Shown: piece by piece, positions 57,899 to 64,000 of the stretch
Numbering within the stretch: position 1 is the stretch's first letter
Layout: each line of letters opens with the position of its first letter
Source of the DNA: Cenarchaeum sp.
GTDB taxonomy: Archaea > Thermoproteota > Nitrososphaeria > Nitrososphaerales > Nitrosopumilaceae
Direction of reading: 5' to 3'
Length of the DNA: 64,000 nucleotides
Assembly: GCA_965206845.1 (NCBI GenBank)
Contig: OZ242221.1
Span: 1 to 64,000 of the forward strand
Program-made: the position numbers and the translations under genes
Notes under the pieces: model-generated
What the model was told of the DNA's origin: nothing
The model's database searches: none
The model's input: only the letters and a program-made list of their open reading frames with translations

Positions 57899-58025
57899 GC
57901 GCCAATGCGGCCTGCTTGCTGCGCAAAACCAGGGTCTGCCAGCATCCTGGTGTTGTGTGCATATTGGGCGCCCCCTGGCGGACACGTGTCTTAACATTTA
58001 TTGAACTTACCAGCGACTGACTCGT

Positions 58026-58319
58026 ATGATCTCAGATGATATGTTCATAGCGCTGGGAATTGCTGCGTCAGTCCTGATCCTTACCGGATGGGTCAGCCAG
58101 GTGATACACGGATACAGGGTAAAACACCTCCGGGATGTCTCCAGGTATTTGTTGGTTCTAGTCGGCATTGGTGCAATGCTCTGGACAATCTACGGAATAG
58201 TATTGTCTGATCCATATATCATAGGGACAAACACCACGGCGATAGTCCTGATGATCTTGGTCTATTTCATGAAACGGAGATATGACATAGCAGAATACCG
58301 GAGGTATCAGGGATGGTAG
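58026..58319 (+). CDS. SemiSWEET/PQ-loop family small transporter
   Basis: Three TM helices, WVSQV...K..RDVS, LWTIYG, IIGTN. Confidence 0.8.
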   Translation: MISDDMFIALGIAASVLILTGWVSQVIHGYRVKHLRDVSRYLLVLVGIGAMLWTIYGIVLSDPYIIGTNTTAIVLMILVYFMKRRYDIAEYRRYQGW

Positions 58320-58718
58320 CCCTGTCTGGCCGGCAGGGACACCGCGCGGGCCTGACGACAATCTGCAGACATCTGGCGCATACTGGCCGAACCCCACATC
58401 GGAAAGTCCAGTCAATTTCACCAGAATGAGGGCAACAACAGAGTCAGGCATCACCATGCAGCCGAATCTGCAGTGCAGGTCTAGCTTCATAACGTCACGC
58501 GGCATAAGGCGGGCTCTGAGCAAGGCGCGCAACCTGCCAGATGAGCGGGCTGGGCCAAACAGGCTCGGCGCCACCTGTCGCATCCGCGCATTCTTTATCC
58601 CTGCAGGGAGACCGATGCATCATGTCCCGTCCACTTCAACAAGATGTAAACCACTTTCTGGGCCAGCAAATTGAGGCAATAACTTAAAACACCCACAACC
58701 AATGCGGAAATTTGTAGA

Positions 58719-61373
58719 ATGAAGTCGGTATACTTTTTTGACAAGGGGGACGGTAAGAACAAGAAACTTCTGGGAGGAAAGGGAGCCGGCCTGTGTGAGA
58801 TGACGCAGCTGAACCTGCCGGTACCGCCGGGGTTTGTAATTACAACAGAAGTGTGCAAAATGTACTACAAGAACGGCAGAATCCTCCCGGACGATGTCAT
58901 GGTCCAGGTTCGGAAAAATATATCTAAGATCGAACGAAACACCGGAAAGCGGTGGAACTCCAAAAGCAACCCGCTGCTGGTCTCGGTGAGATCCGGCGCC
59001 GCAGTGTCTATGCCGGGGATGATGGACACCATACTCAATCTGGGACTAAATGATGACACGGTGAACGGGTTAGCAGAGAGGAGTGACAATGCCAGGTTCG
59101 CGTGGGACTCGTATCGGCGGTTTATCCAGCTGTTTGGAAAGGTTGTATTCGGCATAGACGATAAAAAATTTGATGATATCCTAAATGGTGCCAAGAAGGC
59201 GCAGGTTGTCCAATCGGACAGCGCGCTAAATGAAAAATCACTTCGCGGTGTAGTGCAGCGCTACAAGAAGCTCTGCCAAAAACACACCAAAAGGCCGTTT
59301 CCCGTAGACCCCTACGAGCAGCTGGAGCTGGCGATAAAGGCCGTCTTTGACAGCTGGATGGGAGACCGCGCCCTGGTATACCGAGAAAAGTACAGCATTA
59401 CAAGGAATATCGCCGACGGCACGGCGGTAAACATCGTCTCCATGGTCTTTGGAAACATGGGAAACGACAGCTCCACCGGTGTGGTGTTTACCAGAAATCC
59501 CGGTAACGGGGAGAAGCAGATCTTCGGCGACTACCTAGTCAACGCCCAAGGCGAGGATGTGGTTGCAGGTACTAGGACACCAAAGCCCGTCTCCACTATG
59601 AAGCAGGAGATGGCGCGGTCGTACGCACAGCTGGAGAAGACCTGCAGGAGTCTAGAGAGGCACTATCGCGAGCCCCAAGACATCGAGTTTACCATCGAGC
59701 AGGGCAGGTTCTACCTGCTACAGACGCGCAACGCAAAGATGAACGCCGCTGCAATGATCAAGACATCAGTGGACATGGTAAGGGAACGGCTGATTGGCAG
59801 GAACAGGGCACTGCAGAGGCTACAAGTGGAGCAGATGGAACAGCTGCTTCATAGAACTATCGACAACACAGCAGTAAAGAGCTTCTCCAGGTTTACCAGC
59901 GGCATCGCCGCCTCGCCGGGCGCCGCAGCTGGCATCGCCATCTTCAATGTGGGGCGTGCAGTCAAGGCAGGGGAGAGCGGAGCCCGGGTAGTACTGATCA
60001 GAGAGGAGACAAAGCCAGAAGATGTGCCTGCATTCTTTGCGTCTGCCGGAATCCTGACAAGCAGAGGCGGAAAGACATCCCACGCAGCAGTGGTTGCCAG
60101 AGGCATGGGGAAGCCGTGCATCGTTGGTGCATCAGACATGAAGATAGACTATAGCGCGGGAAGTTGCACGGTAGCAGATCACACCATTGTGGAGGGCGAC
60201 AAAATCACAATAGACGGGAGCAACGGTACGGTGTACTTGGATCACGTGCCCACCGTCGAACCCAAAATCACAGATGACTTTAGGCTGGTTCTTGACTGGG
60301 CCCAGAAAGCAAAGAAGATCGGCGTTCGCGCAAACGCCGACACACCACAGGCAGCGGTTCTGGCAAGAAAATACGGCGCGCAGGGAATCGGCCTCTGCCG
60401 GACGGAGAGGATGTTCAACGCTGCTGACAGAATCGGCCTGTTTGTCGAGATGATAATGTCAGACACCACAGAGAAGAGAAAGCGGATTCTAAAGAAGCTG
60501 GGCAGGCTGCAGCGGAGTGACTTTGTCGAGATTCTAAAGGTCATGGAGGGGTATCCGGTCACTATCCGGTTGCTGGATCCGCCACTTCACGAGTTCCTGC
60601 CCGATCCACAGGAGCTCACCGAGAGGCTGCACGGCATGGCCGGAGCCGAGTCGTCTGCTGAGGCAAAGAAGATCAAGTCCGTGCTTGAGCGCGCCCGAGA
60701 TCTGGCGGAGATAAATCCCATGATGGGGCACCGTGGCGTCCGCTTGGGCGTTACATACCCGGAGATGTACGAGATGCAGATTCAGGCAGTCTTTGAGGCA
60801 GCAGCCGAGCTGTCAGGGGCAGGAGTTGATGCGCGCCCACAGATTATGATACCCCAGGTAAGCAGCGTCAGGGAGCTGAACTATGTAAAATCCATCTATG
60901 ACAATGTCAGGGAACAGATGCAGAAGAAGCACGGCGCCAAGTTTAGCATCAGCTTTGGCACCATGGTCGAGGTCGTCCGGGCAGCCCTTGTGGCCGACGA
61001 GCTGGCAGATACAGCAGAGTTCTTCAGCTTTGGAACGAACGACCTCACCCAAGCCACGTTCAGTTTCAGCAGGGAGGACGCCGAGGGCAAATTCCTGCCC
61101 GAGTACCTGGACATGGAGCTGCTAGATGTGAGCCCCTTTCAGTCAGTTGACGTAAACGGCGTCGGCAGCCTTATGAAGATCGGGATTGCCGGCGGCAGGC
61201 AGATAAAGCCAAACCTGGAGGTGGGCATCTGCGGCGAACACGGAGGGGATCCTGCATCCATCAGGTTCTTTCACAAGATAGGCCTCAGCTACGTCAGCGC
61301 CTCACCGCACCGCATACCAATTGCCGTAATATCCGCGGCCCAGGCTGCTCTGGAAGACGCGTCCGCACAGTAA
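58719..61373 (+). CDS. ppdK: pyruvate, phosphate dikinase
   Basis: LGGKGAGL, PLLVSVRSGAAVSMPGMMDT, GGKTSHAAVVARG, GIGLCRTE, FSFGTNDLTQ, GICGEHGG. Confidence 0.97.
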   Translation: MKSVYFFDKGDGKNKKLLGGKGAGLCEMTQLNLPVPPGFVITTEVCKMYYKNGRILPDDVMVQVRKNISKIERNTGKRWNSKSNPLLVSVRSGAAVSMPGMMDTILNLGLNDDTVNGLAERSDNARFAWDSYRRFIQLFGKVVFGIDDKKFDDILNGAKKAQVVQSDSALNEKSLRGVVQRYKKLCQKHTKRPFPVDPYEQLELAIKAVFDSWMGDRALVYREKYSITRNIADGTAVNIVSMVFGNMGNDSSTGVVFTRNPGNGEKQIFGDYLVNAQGEDVVAGTRTPKPVSTMKQEMARSYAQLEKTCRSLERHYREPQDIEFTIEQGRFYLLQTRNAKMNAAAMIKTSVDMVRERLIGRNRALQRLQVEQMEQLLHRTIDNTAVKSFSRFTSGIAASPGAAAGIAIFNVGRAVKAGESGARVVLIREETKPEDVPAFFASAGILTSRGGKTSHAAVVARGMGKPCIVGASDMKIDYSAGSCTVADHTIVEGDKITIDGSNGTVYLDHVPTVEPKITDDFRLVLDWAQKAKKIGVRANADTPQAAVLARKYGAQGIGLCRTERMFNAADRIGLFVEMIMSDTTEKRKRILKKLGRLQRSDFVEILKVMEGYPVTIRLLDPPLHEFLPDPQELTERLHGMAGAESSAEAKKIKSVLERARDLAEINPMMGHRGVRLGVTYPEMYEMQIQAVFEAAAELSGAGVDARPQIMIPQVSSVRELNYVKSIYDNVREQMQKKHGAKFSISFGTMVEVVRAALVADELADTAEFFSFGTNDLTQATFSFSREDAEGKFLPEYLDMELLDVSPFQSVDVNGVGSLMKIGIAGGRQIKPNLEVGICGEHGGDPASIRFFHKIGLSYVSASPHRIPIAVISAAQAALEDASAQ

Positions 61374-61413
61374 ACCGCCAGACAATTAAGGATCCAACGC
61401 ACCACATATCGTA

Positions 61414-61971
61414 ATGCTTCCAAGAATCGATTCCATAAAGGAGATGCGCGTCAAACTAGGAGCCACACAGAAGAAGCTGGCATCCATGGCAGGCATCAGC
61501 TCCTCCATGATCAACCAGATCGAATCGGGCCGCAGCCAGCCCAGCTACGAGACGGCAAGGAGGATATTTGACAGCCTGGCCACGCTTGAAGGCGGATCGT
61601 CCCCGTACGTGGCAGGCGACTTTTGCAGCAGGGAGATAGTGAGGCTGGGCCCCGACGACACGCTTCATGACGCCATCAAGGAGATGCGCAAGTTCTCCAT
61701 AAGCCAGGTTCCGGTGTTTGATGGGGACCAACCCGTCGGTCTGATCACGGAGGACGGAATCATGAGACACCTGGCAGATGTCGGGGAGACCGAGCTGAAG
61801 ATCTCCCGTCTGTCAGACACGATGGATCCGGTACCGCCCATAGTCGACTACAGGACGCCCACGCACGTGCTTGTTCCCCTGATCAGGTTTACAAAGTGCA
61901 TCCTGGTCACAAAAAAGTCTACGATAATCGGGATAATCACCGCATCAGACACCATGAAACTGATGGAGTAA
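61414..61971 (+). CDS. XRE-type HTH + CBS-domain transcriptional regulator
   Basis: TQKKLASMAGISSSMINQIESG followed by two CBS domains (ISQVPV, IGIITASD). Confidence 0.9.
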   Translation: MLPRIDSIKEMRVKLGATQKKLASMAGISSSMINQIESGRSQPSYETARRIFDSLATLEGGSSPYVAGDFCSREIVRLGPDDTLHDAIKEMRKFSISQVPVFDGDQPVGLITEDGIMRHLADVGETELKISRLSDTMDPVPPIVDYRTPTHVLVPLIRFTKCILVTKKSTIIGIITASDTMKLME

Positions 61972-61973
61972 CG

Positions 61974-62372
61974 CTAGTCCCCCGGCGGCGAGCAGAGCTC
62001 TGTCAGCACGCCGCGCATTGATCTGGGATGGACAAACGTGACCTTTGTTCCCTCGGAGCCGGGCCTTATGCCCCCCAGGAATGCAATGCCGCACCCCTCC
62101 ATGCGGGCAACATCGCCTTCTATGTCGCCGGTCTGAAGCGCCACGTGGTGTAGGCCCTCGCCCCGCCTGTCCAGAAACTTCCTGATGGGGCTGTCCTCCC
62201 TAGTGGGCTCCATGAGCTCAATCCTGCCGTTCTCCAGATACAGTATTCCGACCCTGACGCCCTCGCTTTCCACGGTCTCAAATTGCACATCCTTTACCGC
62301 CAAGGCCTGCTGGTACTCTGTGGCGGCCTTTTCCACATCGTTTACTGCTATTGCGACGTGATCTATTCTCAT
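61974..62372 (-). CDS. mce: methylmalonyl-CoA epimerase
   Basis: IDHVAIAV, IELMEP, GEGLHHVA, FVHPR..GVLTEL; next to the mutase gene. Confidence 0.93.
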   Translation of the reverse strand: MRIDHVAIAVNDVEKAATEYQQALAVKDVQFETVESEGVRVGILYLENGRIELMEPTREDSPIRKFLDRRGEGLHHVALQTGDIEGDVARMEGCGIAFLGGIRPGSEGTKVTFVHPRSMRGVLTELCSPPGD

Positions 62373-62673
62373 GCAGCTATCACACATGGCGGTATCTGGC
62401 AGGTTATTTTAATTTGTAGACGGTGCAGGCGCTCACATTCCATCTCACTTGGGTGCAGGTTTTTACACCAGACAGGCATTTGCGCCTGCCACGATGCCAC
62501 AAGCGGTCTCATGTGCTGCCTCCCCAAGGCATGTGAGCCTGATTCTCGGGACTGTGGAACACGCATGTGCAATCTGGATCTTTTTTTTTTGTAGAAGCGG
62601 GTAACACTACTTGGAGTCTTTACAACGATACGCGGTCTTATCCTGGTCCGTCTTCGGCACCCCATTGCCGTGC

Positions 62674-64000
62674 TCAGAATATCTCGTTTGGCTTGTACTC
62701 GCCAAAGATGCTGCGGAGGGTGTTGCTTATCTCGCCCGTTGTGGCGTACGCTCTTGCTGCGGTTATGATGTGCGGCATGAGGTTCTCGCCGGCATCGACA
62801 GCGGATCCTATTCCGGATATGGCATCCTCGACCTTTTTTGCATCCCTCGAGTCCCGGAGCTTCCTGAGCGATACACGCTGCATGTCTTCTACCCTGCCAT
62901 CTATCCTGAGCAGCTCCGGCTGTCTCTCGTTCTGGTCTATGAACCTGTTCATTCCTACCAGTATCCGCTCGTCCCCGTCGGCCTCCTTTTTGAGCCGGTA
63001 GGCGTTCTGTCTTATCTCCGACTGGAAGAAGCCGCGCTCAATTGCCCTGATCGAGCCGCCCATCCTGTCGATCTTCTTCAGGTACTTGAGCACGCCGTCC
63101 TCGATCTCGTCGCACAGGTACTCCATATAGTGGGAACCCGCCATGGGATCCACAGTCTTTGTGATGCCGCTCTCGTGGGCCACTATCTGCTGCGTCCTCA
63201 GCGCTATCTTTGCGGACTCTTGCGTCGGCAGGGCCAGCGCCTCGTCCCTAGAGTTGGTATGCAGCGACTGCGTTCCGCCCATGACGGCTGCCATGGTCTG
63301 AATGGCAACCCGGACGATGTTGTTGTCCGGCTGCTGGGCGGTGAGGGACTCGCCGCTGGTCTGGGTGTGAAACTTGAGCTGCATCGATTTTGGGTTCTTT
63401 GCGTGAAACTGCTCCTTGAGGATTTTTGCGTACACCTTTCTGGCGACCCGGAACTTTGCCACCTCCTCGAAGAACTCGATGGTACAGCAGAAGAAGAACG
63501 ACAGCCTGGGGGCAAAGTCGTCTATCTTGAGGCCTCGATCAAGGCAGGTCTGTATGTATGCAATGGCGTTTGCGAGGGTGAATGCCACCTCCTGGGTCGC
63601 GGTGCATCCGGCCTCCCTCATGTGGTATCCGGATATGGATACCGGGTACCACTGGGGCACCTCCTTGGAGCAGTACTCGATCATGTCACCTATGATTCTC
63701 ATGGACGGCCTGGGTGGGTAGATGTATGTGTTTCTTGCAATGTACTCCTTGAGGATGTCATTCTGTGTGGTTCCGCGCAGCTGCGCGCTGGAAAACCCCT
63801 GGGACTCGCCCACCGCGATATAGTATGCCAGTAGCGTCGACGCCGTGGAGTTGATGGTCATGGATGTGCTTACCTTCCCAAGAGGAATGCCATCAAAGGC
63901 GGTCATCATGTCCTTGAGCGATGCGATGGATACGCCCACCTTGCCCACCTCGCCTTCGGCGGGATCCGAGTCCGGATCGTGTCCTATCTGGGTGGGCAGA
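62674..64000 (-). CDS. methylmalonyl-CoA mutase large (substrate-binding) subunit; 5' part outside the window
   Basis: STSMTIN, GTTQNDILKEY, ISGYHMREAG, FHTQTSG, QSLHTNSRDEAL, YATTGEI. Confidence 0.95.
   Translation of the reverse strand, partial: LPTQIGHDPDSDPAEGEVGKVGVSIASLKDMMTAFDGIPLGKVSTSMTINSTASTLLAYYIAVGESQGFSSAQLRGTTQNDILKEYIARNTYIYPPRPSMRIIGDMIEYCSKEVPQWYPVSISGYHMREAGCTATQEVAFTLANAIAYIQTCLDRGLKIDDFAPRLSFFFCCTIEFFEEVAKFRVARKVYAKILKEQFHAKNPKSMQLKFHTQTSGESLTAQQPDNNIVRVAIQTMAAVMGGTQSLHTNSRDEALALPTQESAKIALRTQQIVAHESGITKTVDPMAGSHYMEYLCDEIEDGVLKYLKKIDRMGGSIRAIERGFFQSEIRQNAYRLKKEADGDERILVGMNRFIDQNERQPELLRIDGRVEDMQRVSLRKLRDSRDAKKVEDAISGIGSAVDAGENLMPHIITAARAYATTGEISNTLRSIFGEYKPNEIF

Noticed and set aside
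62611-63834. 407-aa + strand ORF
   Set aside because: Antisense to methylmalonyl-CoA mutase; no motifs.

Overview
Archaeal genomic window, very probably a GC-rich member of the Nitrososphaerota (Thaumarchaeota; Nitrosopumilaceae-like). The basis is a CFI-box-CTERM protein, the short archaeal parvulin, two PurP paralogues, PolB, and ppdK plus methylmalonyl-CoA epimerase/mutase. A host-associated lifestyle (e.g. sponge symbiont) is inferred only from the heavy IS load and DUF285 surface proteins. Housekeeping blocks occupy about 1-12.7 kb (purP, aspS-gatCAB, thrC, peptide ABC permeases) and about 43-64 kb. Between them lies a ~30 kb accessory region. It contains a ~2400-aa surface protein (14 DUF285/BspA repeats plus 7 near-identical Ig-like/P-domain units), a second DUF285 protein, IS630, IS5 (IS903- and ISL2-like) and IS1595 elements, at least five families of small non-autonomous repeats that stack and nest, a UbiA/UbiC/UbiE-like triplet between two MITE copies, and a PurD-like ligase with altered active-site motifs. 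It also holds a repeat-bounded nuclease island: a translationally coupled NurA-like nuclease and HerA-like ATPase without mre11/rad50, an HNH nuclease, and an AT-rich HEPN-like plus PD-(D/E)xK unit. That island is the best candidate for an undescribed system. No tRNA, rRNA, CRISPR array or reverse transcriptase was recognised. All family assignments come from motifs read by eye, not database searches.
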